DNA of 64,000 nucleotides, from positions 15,432 through 79,431 of the forward strand of contig JBNMHO010000004.1 in the NCBI GenBank assembly GCA_050872785.1. Reading direction: 5' to 3'. The position numbers and the translations under genes were made by a program. Origin of the DNA: Clostridia bacterium. GTDB taxonomy: Bacteria > Bacillota > Clostridia > Christensenellales > UBA1242. Shown here in pieces: positions 46,650 to 55,512 of this stretch (position 1 is the stretch's first letter; each line of letters opens with the position of its first letter). The notes under the pieces are model-generated. The model was given only the letters and a program-made list of their open reading frames with translations. It did not search any database and had not been told where the DNA came from.

Positions 46650-46712
46650 TATATTGCAGTATTTATGCATATTATGAGCATTTTTATAGGTCATTTGGGG
46701 TTTCTCCTTTTT

Positions 46713-46808
46713 TATCCCAAAAGTTTCACTTCGTTGCTACTTTTGGGAACCCTATTTTTCTATCCCAAAAATTTCGCTTTGTTGCTACTTTTGGGAACCC
46801 TATTTTAG
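46713..46808. repeat. Two tandem 48-bp units, each containing a 10-bp-stem hairpin
   Basis: Unit 1 (46713-46760) is TATCCCAAAAGTTTCACTTCGTTGCTACTTTTGGGAACCCTATTTTTC. Unit 2 (46761-46808) differs at 3 of the first 45 positions. Stem TCCCAAAAGT/ACTTTTGGGA with a 14-nt loop. Confidence 0.9.
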
Positions 46809-46844
46809 GGTCGACTTTTGTTGTTCGGGATAAGTTTAAGATAT

Positions 46845-46879
46845 TTAAAAAAAGTTGTCAATCAAAATTAACAACTTTT
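46845..46879 (-). terminator. Rho-independent terminator after trxA, overlapping a promoter-like TTGACA-17-TAAACT
   Basis: Minus strand AAAGTTGT-TAATTTTGATTG-ACAACTTT followed by T5. TTGACA lies at 46861-46856 and TAAACT at 46838-46833. Confidence 0.65.
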
Positions 46880-46887
46880 CAAATTTT

Positions 46888-47208
46888 TTACATTTTTGCT
46901 TCAATGGCGGAGATTATTTGTGCTTTTTGGCGAAGTCCAACAAGTCTGTCCACTTCTTCCCCATTTTTGAAGATAATCATTGTAGGCACGCTCATAACGC
47001 CAAATTGTTTGGCAATATCCATGCCTTCGTCAATGTCAAGTTTATATATTTTTGCTTTGTCGCCAAGTTCTTCTTGAGTTGTTTCAAGAATAGGTGCAAG
47101 CATTTTGCAAGGTCCGCACCAAGTGGCATAAAAATCCACCAAAACAAGGCTCTTTGCGTCTTTTATTGTTTTTTCAAAAGTTTCATTGTTCAAATGTTCA
47201 AGTTCCAT
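46888..47208 (-). CDS. trxA: Thioredoxin
   Basis: WCGPCK active site, 106 aa from ATG 47208 after AAAGGAG. Confidence 0.94.
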   Translation of the reverse strand: MELEHLNNETFEKTIKDAKSLVLVDFYATWCGPCKMLAPILETTQEELGDKAKIYKLDIDEGMDIAKQFGVMSVPTMIIFKNGEEVDRLVGLRQKAQIISAIEAKM

Positions 47209-47276
47209 TTTTTCTCCTTTCAATTTTCAGAAAGATTTTAGCACTTTATAAAATTTTTGTCATGCTAATTTATCTA

Positions 47277-48587
47277 TTACAAGAAATATTTTCTTAAATC
47301 ATGTTCTTTATCAAAGTTTTCAAAGGCTTTTTTGACATATTCTTTGTCAATGACCACTTGTTTTGGCTCGCCACCAGCATTAAAACTTACATCTTCAAGC
47401 AGAAGTTCCAAAACTGAATGAAGGCGTCTTGCCCCCAAGTTTTCACTTGTTTCATTTTCTTCTTCGGTGTATTTTGCAATTTCTTTCAAGGCGTCTGTCT
47501 TAAATACAAGGTCAACTCCGTCAACTTTCAAAAGTTCCTTGTATTGAAGTGTCACTGCATTTTTTGGTTCGGTTAAAATTTTGTAAAACTCTTTTGCAGT
47601 CAAATTGTCAAGGTCAACCCTTATTGGGAAACGTCCTTGAAGTTCTGGAATAAGGTCTTCCACTTTTGAAACATGGAACGCACCCGCTGCGATGAAAAGA
47701 ATATAATCTGTTTTGATTATGCCATATTTAGTGTTGACTGTGCAGCCTTCGACAATTGGAAGAATGTCCCTTTGCACGCCCTCTCGACTGACTTCTGGAC
47801 CATTGCTTCTGCCCGAACTTCCTGCAATTTTGTCAATTTCGTCAATAAAGATAATGCCCTCTTGTTCTGCACGTCTGACGGCTTCAGATTTAACTGTTTC
47901 AATGTCGATAATTTTGTCACATTCTTCTTGATTTAAAATTTCTCTTGCTTCACGAATTGTAAGTTTTCTCTTTTTCTTCTTGGCTGGGAAAATTCCGCCC
48001 ATAAGTTCGCCAAAGTTAATTTCCATGCCCGCCCCTGGCATCATTTCAAAAGATTTTGGGGCTTCTGCAACGTCCATTTCAATAAACTCATCATCATATT
48101 TGCCGTCTTCAATGCCCTTTTGAATATGAGTTTTTAGGTCTTCCTCATTGGCAGTTGCGTCAATGGTTGCTTTCTTTATTGGATAAAGATATTCAAAAAG
48201 TCGTTTGTTGACATTTGGAGCAACTTTTTCCACCACTTCATTATATTTTTCGTCTTTTACAAGGCGAAATGATGCTTCAACAAGGTCACGCACCATGCTT
48301 TCAACATCTCTGCCCACATAGCCCACTTCTGTGTATTTTGTGGCTTCAACCTTTATGAAAGGGGCCTTGACAAGTTTTGCAAGACGTCTTGCAATTTCCG
48401 TTTTGCCAACTCCAGTTGGACCTTTCATAATGATATTTTTTGGTGTAATTTCTTCTTGCATTTGCTTTGTAAGTCTGCTTCTTCTGTATCTGTTTCTAAG
48501 TGCAATGGCAACAGCCTTTTTTGCGTTGTCTTGACCTATGATATATTTGTCAAGTTCGGCAACAATTTCTTTTGGTGTATAGTTCAT
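47277..48587 (-). CDS. hslU: ATP-dependent protease ATPase subunit HslU
   Basis: TPKEIVAELDKYIIGQDNAKKAVAIALRNR, Walker A GPTGVGKTEIARRLA, IIFIDEIDK. Confidence 0.95.
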   Translation of the reverse strand: MNYTPKEIVAELDKYIIGQDNAKKAVAIALRNRYRRSRLTKQMQEEITPKNIIMKGPTGVGKTEIARRLAKLVKAPFIKVEATKYTEVGYVGRDVESMVRDLVEASFRLVKDEKYNEVVEKVAPNVNKRLFEYLYPIKKATIDATANEEDLKTHIQKGIEDGKYDDEFIEMDVAEAPKSFEMMPGAGMEINFGELMGGIFPAKKKKRKLTIREAREILNQEECDKIIDIETVKSEAVRRAEQEGIIFIDEIDKIAGSSGRSNGPEVSREGVQRDILPIVEGCTVNTKYGIIKTDYILFIAAGAFHVSKVEDLIPELQGRFPIRVDLDNLTAKEFYKILTEPKNAVTLQYKELLKVDGVDLVFKTDALKEIAKYTEEENETSENLGARRLHSVLELLLEDVSFNAGGEPKQVVIDKEYVKKAFENFDKEHDLRKYFL

Positions 48588-49124
48588 TTAAACCTCCTCC
48601 ACAGTTACATGCCCGTTTGTAAACACGCATATATCGCTTGTAATTTTGAGTGCTTTAAGTGCAATTTCTTTGGCACTTAGGTCTGTGTTTTCAATAAGCG
48701 CACGGGAGGCTGCAAGAGCATAAAACTCGCCACTTCCAATGGCCGCCACCCCATACTCTGGTTCAAAAACGTCACCATTCCCAGACACATAAAGCAAGTT
48801 GTCTTTATCTGCAACAAGCATAAGAGCGTCAAGTTTGCGGACATATTTATCGTCCCTAAACCCTATTGCCAGTTCCACTGCACTTCGCATAAGATTTCCA
48901 CTAAATTTTTGCAAAAGTTCCTCAAATTTTTGTGACAAGCTGAAAGCATCAGACGCACTGCCCGCAAAGCCAATGACGACCTTTCCCCCAAAAATTCTTC
49001 TAACTTTTACAGCGTTGTTTTTGACAATAAACTTTTCGCCAACAGTAACTTGTCCGTCACCGGCTATTGCAGTTTTGCCATTTCTTTTTACAGCCACGAT
49101 TGTGGTGCTTCTCATTCCTTCCAT
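48588..49124 (-). CDS. hslV: ATP-dependent protease subunit HslV
   Basis: N-terminal TTIVAVKRNGKTAIAGDGQVT (catalytic Thr after processing) and GSGEFYALAA. Confidence 0.94.
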   Translation of the reverse strand: MEGMRSTTIVAVKRNGKTAIAGDGQVTVGEKFIVKNNAVKVRRIFGGKVVIGFAGSASDAFSLSQKFEELLQKFSGNLMRSAVELAIGFRDDKYVRKLDALMLVADKDNLLYVSGNGDVFEPEYGVAAIGSGEFYALAASRALIENTDLSAKEIALKALKITSDICVFTNGHVTVEEV

Positions 49125-49127
49125 AAT

Positions 49128-50441
49128 TTACTCCTTATCTATAATTTTTACAGCATTGTCTATTTCTTCAAGCGAACGAGCAACAATTTTTTCTCGCTTT
49201 AACTTGTTATCTTTAATTTTTTCGCCAAGTGGGCTGACAATTCCAAAGTTAGAATTCATTGGCTGAAAGTTCTTCTGTGGACAAGTGGTTATAAAGTTTG
49301 TAATCGCCCCCATAATTGTATTTGACGAAAGAGTTACAAGTGGCTTGTTTTTTAAGTAAAGATAAGCATTTATTCCACTCAGCAACCCACTCATTGTGCT
49401 TTCCACATATCCCTCAACTCCACTAAGTTGCCCCGCTATAAACAAATCTTCTCTTTTCTTTGTTTGAAATGTGTTTTTCAAAACTTGTGGAGCATTTATG
49501 TATGTGTTTCTATGCATAACTCCATATTTCACAAACTTTGCATTTTCTAGTCCTGGGATAAGTGAAAACACTCGTTTTTGTTCTGGGAAAAGCAAGTTTG
49601 TTTGAAAGCCAACAAGATTATACAGCCTTTTATCCTTGTCCTCTGGTCTTAGTTGCACAACAGCATAATATTTTTCTCCCGTTATAGGGTTATCCAGTCC
49701 AATGGGTTTTAACGGCCCAAATCTCAGACTATCCTCTCCCCTTTGAGCCATAACTTCAACAGGCATACAGCCTTCAAAAATTTCCTTCTTTTCAAAGTTT
49801 TTAAGTTCCACTCTCTGTGCAGAAATAAGTTCCTTATAAAACTTCAAATATTGTTCTCTGTTCATTGGGCAGTTTATATAATCGCCGTCACCCTTGTCAT
49901 ATCGGTCTTTTATGTAAGCCTTTGTCATATCAATGCTATCTCGCTCTACAATAGGGCTTGAAGCGTCATAAAAGGATAAGTTGTCTTGCTCCAAAAAATC
50001 CTTTAAACTTTGACTAAGTTTGCCAGTTGTAAGTGGCCCCGTTGCGATAATTGTAAGCCCGTCTGGGATATTTTCTATTTCTTCTGTAACAAATTTTATG
50101 TTGGATAATTTTTTTATTTCGTCAGTGACCATTTGCGAAAACTTTTCTCTATCCACAGCCAAAGCATTGCCCGCTGGCACACGACAAGCATTGGCACATC
50201 TAAGTATCAAACTATCAAACTTCTCCATTTCCGCTTTAAGCAACCCCGAAGCAGTGAAAATATCCATTGATTTAAGGCTGTTTGAGCAGACAATTTCTGC
50301 AAAGTTTTCGTTTGAATGAGCGGGAGTAAACTTGTTTGGTTTTATGTCATAAAGTGTGACGAATACGCCCCTTTTTGCCAGTTGCCAAGCGGCTTCGCAC
50401 CCAGCAAGTCCCGCTCCCACAATATTTACAGCATTATTCAT
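49128..50441 (-). CDS. trmFO: Methylenetetrahydrofolate--tRNA-(uracil54-C5)-methyltransferase TrmFO
   Basis: VNIVGAGLAGCEAAWQLAKRG (FAD fold). ATG 50441 follows AAGGTG and overlaps the topA stop by 8 nt. The longer track ORF start is unlikely. Confidence 0.92.
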   Translation of the reverse strand: MNNAVNIVGAGLAGCEAAWQLAKRGVFVTLYDIKPNKFTPAHSNENFAEIVCSNSLKSMDIFTASGLLKAEMEKFDSLILRCANACRVPAGNALAVDREKFSQMVTDEIKKLSNIKFVTEEIENIPDGLTIIATGPLTTGKLSQSLKDFLEQDNLSFYDASSPIVERDSIDMTKAYIKDRYDKGDGDYINCPMNREQYLKFYKELISAQRVELKNFEKKEIFEGCMPVEVMAQRGEDSLRFGPLKPIGLDNPITGEKYYAVVQLRPEDKDKRLYNLVGFQTNLLFPEQKRVFSLIPGLENAKFVKYGVMHRNTYINAPQVLKNTFQTKKREDLFIAGQLSGVEGYVESTMSGLLSGINAYLYLKNKPLVTLSSNTIMGAITNFITTCPQKNFQPMNSNFGIVSPLGEKIKDNKLKREKIVARSLEEIDNAVKIIDKE

Positions 50442-52545
50442 TTTCACCTTCATTTGTTTTTTCTGGTTGCTTTGTTTCTTTCTTTTCATAATCGCAAGCC
50501 TTGTTTGAACATTTGTAATAATTCATAGTTTTGCTTTCTTTTACTGTTAAGAAACTCTTACACTTTGGACAAGCAATGTTTGTTGGCTTGTCCCAACTTG
50601 CAAATTTGCACTCTGGATAGCCCACACAGCCATAGAAAATCTTTCCGCCATGAGTTCGCCTTTCCACAACATCTTTGCCACATTGTGGGCATTTGCAAAC
50701 GGGTGGTTTTGGCTGATTTAAGCTGACGATGTTTTTGCATTTTGGATAATTTGGGCAAGCGAGGAATTTTGTATATTTTCCCTCTCTCACCACCATTTTT
50801 GCCCCACATTTGCTACAAACAACATCACTAACTTCTGGCGCGACTGACATTCTTTTTGACTCCCTATAAGCAAAAATCACCTCTTGTTCAAATCCTGCGT
50901 AGAATTTGGAAATGACATTTTGCCATGACTCTTCGCCGTCTGCAATTCTGTCAAGCCCGTCTTCCATTTCGGCAGTAAAAGACACATTCATAATATCTGC
51001 AAAATATTTTTCCAAAAACTCTGTGACCGTTATTCCAAGTTCAGATGGTTTCAAATACTTCCCGTCTTTGACCATGTAAGTTCTATTTAAAAGGGTCATA
51101 ACAGTTGGAGCATAGGTTGCTGGTCTGCCGATGCCCTTTTCTTCCATTGTCTTAATAAGACTTGCTTCTGTAAATCTTACTGGTGGTTTTGTAAACTTTT
51201 GCTCTTTCGTAATCTTATCTACATTGAGTTTATCTTTTTCGTTAAGTTTTGGAAGTTTGCTTTCGCCCGAGTCGTCTTCTTGTTCTTCAAAAACTTTATA
51301 TGCCCTAGTCCAGCCAGCGAAAATTGGGGTTCTGCCCGTAGCCTTAAAGCCAAGTGCGCCAGCAGAAATTCCGACTGATTGAGAATCATATGTTGCTGGG
51401 GTCATTTGACTTGCAACAAAACGTTCATAAATAAGTTTGTATAATTTGTAGTTGTCGGCAGACATATAGGACTTCACAGACTCTGGCGTTCTATCTAGGC
51501 TAATTGGTCTTATTGCCTCGTGAGCGTCTTGAGCGTTCTTTTTGGCTTTGAAGACATTGTAAGTCTTTGGAGCATAATCCTCGCCATAATGCGATACAAT
51601 GTAGTCCTTTGCTTTGGCTTGTGCTTCTGGAGAAACACGAGTGGAGTCTGTTCTTATATATGTTATAAGAGCGGTCTTTCCTTCTGAGCCAAGTTCCACG
51701 CCTTCATACAATGCTTGGGCGCTTTTTGTTGTTTGCGAAATGCTCATGCCAATTTTGTTAAGCGCATCTTGTTGCATTGTGCTTGTGATAAATGGAGGTG
51801 GTGGAGTTGACTTTGTTACGCTTCGCTTAATTTCTTCCACAATAAATTGTTGCTCTGCAAGATATTTAACAACATTTTCCGCTTGTTCAGCGTTGTCTGG
51901 GACAAATTTTTTGCCAAGTTTTGTGGCAAGACTTGCCTTAAATTTTGTGCCGTCTTTTTCAAGAAAAGCACAAATTGGCCAATATTCTTGTGGCTTGAAG
52001 TTTACAATTTCTTTTTCTCTATCCACAATCAGTTTCAGTGCCACACTTTGCACACGTCCAGCACTAAGATTTGGCTTAATCTTTTTGCAAATAATTGGCG
52101 AAACTTTGTAGCCCACCAATCTATCTAGGACACGTCTTCCTTGTTGAGCATGCACCAAATCCATGTTTATTTTTCGTGGGTTTTGCACGGCCTTATTCAC
52201 AACAGACTTTGAAATTTCGTTAAATTCAATTCTGCATGGCTCGCTTTCTGGGATATTTAAAATGTGTTGAATGTGCCAAGAAATAGCCTCTCCTTCTCTA
52301 TCAGGGTCGGTTGCCAAAAGCACACAATCTGCTTTTGCTGCTTTGTTTTTTAGTTCTTTTATAATTGTTTCTTTGCCTGGCATAATTTCATATTGTGGCT
52401 CAAAATTCTTGGAAACATCAACGCCAAGTGTTTTTTCTGGCAAATCACGCACGTGGCCTTTTGTGGCGACAACGTCATAGCCTTCGCCAAGATATTTTTT
52501 AAGAGTTTCTCTCTTTCCTGGACCTTCAATAATAACTAACTTCAT
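50434..52545 (-). CDS. topA: DNA topoisomerase I
   Basis: TOPRIM N-terminus (LVIIEGPGKRETLKKYLG, ATDPDREGEAI), active-site YIRTDS, three C-terminal C4 zinc ribbons. Confidence 0.96.
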   Translation of the reverse strand: MKLVIIEGPGKRETLKKYLGEGYDVVATKGHVRDLPEKTLGVDVSKNFEPQYEIMPGKETIIKELKNKAAKADCVLLATDPDREGEAISWHIQHILNIPESEPCRIEFNEISKSVVNKAVQNPRKINMDLVHAQQGRRVLDRLVGYKVSPIICKKIKPNLSAGRVQSVALKLIVDREKEIVNFKPQEYWPICAFLEKDGTKFKASLATKLGKKFVPDNAEQAENVVKYLAEQQFIVEEIKRSVTKSTPPPPFITSTMQQDALNKIGMSISQTTKSAQALYEGVELGSEGKTALITYIRTDSTRVSPEAQAKAKDYIVSHYGEDYAPKTYNVFKAKKNAQDAHEAIRPISLDRTPESVKSYMSADNYKLYKLIYERFVASQMTPATYDSQSVGISAGALGFKATGRTPIFAGWTRAYKVFEEQEDDSGESKLPKLNEKDKLNVDKITKEQKFTKPPVRFTEASLIKTMEEKGIGRPATYAPTVMTLLNRTYMVKDGKYLKPSELGITVTEFLEKYFADIMNVSFTAEMEDGLDRIADGEESWQNVISKFYAGFEQEVIFAYRESKRMSVAPEVSDVVCSKCGAKMVVREGKYTKFLACPNYPKCKNIVSLNQPKPPVCKCPQCGKDVVERRTHGGKIFYGCVGYPECKFASWDKPTNIACPKCKSFLTVKESKTMNYYKCSNKACDYEKKETKQPEKTNEGENE

Positions 52546-52587
52546 TTAAACCTTCTTTAATTATCATTTTGTTTTGCAACTTGCCTA

Positions 52588-53682
52588 TTATTTTAAGAAA
52601 TACACATTTCCCGCAAGTTTTTTTATTATTCCACGAATTGTCAGCATTGTCAACAAACTATTAAGCCTTTTTGTTTCAATATGCGACAAATCGACAAGTT
52701 CTTGAAAAGTCTTTTCACCAGAACGCAAGAGTTCAATCACCACTTGCTCGTCCATAGACACATTTTCGCAAGTCTTATCCTTTGTCACATCACGCAACTT
52801 TCTATCGCCTATTATGTCCCTTATGTCGCAAACAGCCTTTGCTTGTCCGTTTGAAATCATCCTATTTGTGCCAACACTTGCAATGCTAAACACACTGCCT
52901 GGCACGGCAAAAACGTCTTTGCCATAGTCAAGTGCATAATTCTTGGTGTGCAACGCTCCAGATTTTTCACCCGCTTCAACAACCAAAATTCCGCTGCTTA
53001 GTCCTGCAATAATTCTATTTCTTATTGGGAACATATATGCTTCAGCACGTCTAAGTGGTCTTGTTTCAGAAAGCACAAGCCCGCCAGACTCAACAATTTT
53101 CTTTGCAAGGTCTGTGTTTGTTGCTGGATAAATTTCATCAATTCCGCCCGCCAAAACTGCTATAGTTTGACCGTGATAGTTGAGTGCATTTTGATGAGCG
53201 TAAGTGTCAACCCCACTCGCCAAGCCACTTACAATAACATATCCCGCATCGACAAGTCCATGGCAAAACTTTTCCGTTGCCATTTTGCCATAACTTGTTA
53301 TGTGCCTTGTGCCAACAATGCCAAAGCAATCATCCTTCATAAGTTTTGGGTTGCCCTTATAGTAAATAACAAATGGTGGAGTGTCAATATTCCTTAAAGA
53401 CTTTGGATAGTCAATGCTTTCTATTGTAATTGCCGAAATTCCAAGTGAATTTAATTTTTCAATAACTTTATCCGCAAACTTTTCTCCCACTTCTCTATAC
53501 AAAATTTGACTTTCCTCTGGTGACAAAATCTTTTCTATTTTATCCTTAATTCTCACCACAACTTCCCAGTCCAAAAAGTCGCCTGCATTTGCAACAAGTT
53601 TTAATAGTTTTCCCTTTTTGGAATATGTGGCAAAGTCAAAGTTATCCAGCCACAATATCGCTTTCTCGTTTCTATCCATCAT
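52588..53682 (-). CDS. dprA: DNA processing protein DprA (Smf)
   Basis: IVGTRHITSYG and SGLASGVDTYAHQNAL. I prefer ATG 53682 after GAAGGAAAG; the track ORF starts at 53715. Confidence 0.9.
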   Translation of the reverse strand: MMDRNEKAILWLDNFDFATYSKKGKLLKLVANAGDFLDWEVVVRIKDKIEKILSPEESQILYREVGEKFADKVIEKLNSLGISAITIESIDYPKSLRNIDTPPFVIYYKGNPKLMKDDCFGIVGTRHITSYGKMATEKFCHGLVDAGYVIVSGLASGVDTYAHQNALNYHGQTIAVLAGGIDEIYPATNTDLAKKIVESGGLVLSETRPLRRAEAYMFPIRNRIIAGLSSGILVVEAGEKSGALHTKNYALDYGKDVFAVPGSVFSIASVGTNRMISNGQAKAVCDIRDIIGDRKLRDVTKDKTCENVSMDEQVVIELLRSGEKTFQELVDLSHIETKRLNSLLTMLTIRGIIKKLAGNVYFLK

Positions 53683-53771
53683 CTTTCCTTCAATTTCTAA
53701 ATCTAATCCCTGCATAATTTTTTTTAAAGATAATAATAAATCTATCTACTAAATTTATATAAATTTTATTA

Positions 53772-53829
53772 TTTTTGCTAAATTTTTATCAATTTTTGCC
53801 ACTTTTTGCTATATTTTTGGCACTTTTTT
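53772..53829. other. Six helically phased T5-T6 tracts (predicted intrinsically curved DNA) upstream of dprA
   Basis: T-tracts begin at 53772, 53783, 53793, 53803, 53814 and 53824, with spacings of 11, 10, 10, 11 and 10 bp. Confidence 0.8.
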
Positions 53830-53835
53830 AACAAA

Positions 53836-55374
53836 TTAAGTCCAATACTTTTCGTCAAGACTTCTATAATTTATGGCTTCCACCAAGTGGTCTGTTTGGA
53901 TATTTTCACTGCCGTCAAGGTCGGCAATGGTTCGTGCCACTTTTAAAATTCTGTTATAAGCCCTTGCTGTAAGTTTTAAACTTTCAAACGCTTGCTCAAG
54001 GAGCATATTGCATTCGTCATCAAGTTTGCAATATTTCTTTATCATTTCTGGTCGCATTTTGCTATTGCTAAACACGCCTGTGCCAGCAAATCTTTCCAGT
54101 TGAATTTTCCTTGCTCTGTCCACACGTTCCTTTATATTTTTGGAACACTCCTCATTTGAAACGGTGCTTATGTCGCCATATGTAACGCCGTCAACTTCAA
54201 TATACATATCAATTCTGTCCATCAAAGGACCGCTAAGTTTGCCAAGATATTTATGAATTTGCGAAGGCGAACACTTGCAAGGTTTGGTTGTTGAGCCATA
54301 GTTGCCGCATGGGCATGGGTTCATGCTTGCAATAAGCACAAAGTTTGCTGGATATTCCACCGATTGCATGTTTCTTGAAACGGTTATAACGCCGTCTTCA
54401 AGAGGTTGTCTTAAAGCTTCTATTGTGTGTCTTGGATATTCTGGCATTTCGTCAAGAAACAAAACCCCATTGTGTGCAAGGCTTATTTCCCCTGGTTTAG
54501 CCTTTGCCCCGCCGCCAGTTAAAGCGACAGTTGTTGCCGTGTGGTGAGGAGACCTAAATGGTCTTTCGGTCAAAATTCCCGTTTTGCTGTCCAGAGTTCC
54601 CGCAACACTGTGAATTTTTGTAACTTCCAGTGCTTCTTCAAATGACATATCTGGAAGAATACTTGGAAACGCCTTTGCGAGCATTGTTTTGCCACTTCCT
54701 GGTGGTCCAATGAGAATGACATTATGCCCGCCCGCTGCGGAGATTTCTAATGCACGCTTTGCACTTGCTTGTCCTTTAATTAGGGCAAAATCACCTATTG
54801 CTTTTGCTTGTTGTTTTACAAGTTCATAACTCACATTTTCAACGGGAGCAATTTGCCTTGCTCCGCTTAAAAACTCAACAACTTCTTTAAGATTGTGAAC
54901 GGGATAAACTTCCACCCCTTCAATAAAACCCGCTTCTGCCTTATTTCCATATGGAATGACAATTTTCTTTATACCCAAGTTTCTTGCTGTTATCAAAATT
55001 GGAAGCACGCCTTTAATTTTTCTCAGACTTCCGTCCAGTGACAATTCGCCAATAAAAGACAACTCGTCAAGCACTTCTTTTGCCACTTCAACTTGATTTG
55101 TTGCACGCAAAATGCCAACGGAAATTGGGAGGTCATAAAGTGAGCCTTCCTTTTTTGTGTCCGCTGGGGCAAGATTTATTGTCACTTTTTCAATAGGGCT
55201 TCTGAAACCTTGATTTTTAATTGCAGAGATAACCCTTTCCTTGCTTTCCCTAATTGAAGTGTCGGCAAGTCCAACAACGTCAATGCCAGGAAGTCCACGA
55301 GAAATATCCGTTTCCACCTTTACAAGATAGCCATTAAGCCCAACAAGTCCGAATGAGTTTATAATTGATAGCAT
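53836..55374 (-). CDS. comM: Mg-chelatase-like AAA+ protein ComM/YifB
   Basis: 512 aa: Lon-protease-like N-terminal domain, Walker A GPPGSGKTMLA, VLFLDE, C-terminal ChlI-type domain. Confidence 0.92.
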   Translation of the reverse strand: MLSIINSFGLVGLNGYLVKVETDISRGLPGIDVVGLADTSIRESKERVISAIKNQGFRSPIEKVTINLAPADTKKEGSLYDLPISVGILRATNQVEVAKEVLDELSFIGELSLDGSLRKIKGVLPILITARNLGIKKIVIPYGNKAEAGFIEGVEVYPVHNLKEVVEFLSGARQIAPVENVSYELVKQQAKAIGDFALIKGQASAKRALEISAAGGHNVILIGPPGSGKTMLAKAFPSILPDMSFEEALEVTKIHSVAGTLDSKTGILTERPFRSPHHTATTVALTGGGAKAKPGEISLAHNGVLFLDEMPEYPRHTIEALRQPLEDGVITVSRNMQSVEYPANFVLIASMNPCPCGNYGSTTKPCKCSPSQIHKYLGKLSGPLMDRIDMYIEVDGVTYGDISTVSNEECSKNIKERVDRARKIQLERFAGTGVFSNSKMRPEMIKKYCKLDDECNMLLEQAFESLKLTARAYNRILKVARTIADLDGSENIQTDHLVEAINYRSLDEKYWT

Positions 55375-55512
55375 AATTCACCAACCTTAAAAATCTAAAC
55401 TTTAGTATATAATAAATGTTAAATTTGACCAAATGATTTACGCAATAACTGCCAAAATTTTTAAAAATCATTCAAAATGTGACTTATGTTGTCACAAAAA
55501 AAGTGAATGGCA

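Noticed and set aside
46713-46808. The tandem hairpin units as a miniature CRISPR array.
   Set aside because: There are only two units, they are directly adjacent with no unique spacers, the 48-bp period is fully repeated, and no cas genes lie anywhere in the window.
46589-47077. 162-aa plus-strand ORF whose product contains a tandem peptide repeat (FLSQKFHFVATFGNPI twice).
   Set aside because: The peptide repeat is just the translation of the 48-bp DNA tandem repeat. The ORF has no RBS, runs antisense through the thioredoxin gene and its terminator, and has odd composition. I treat it as non-coding.
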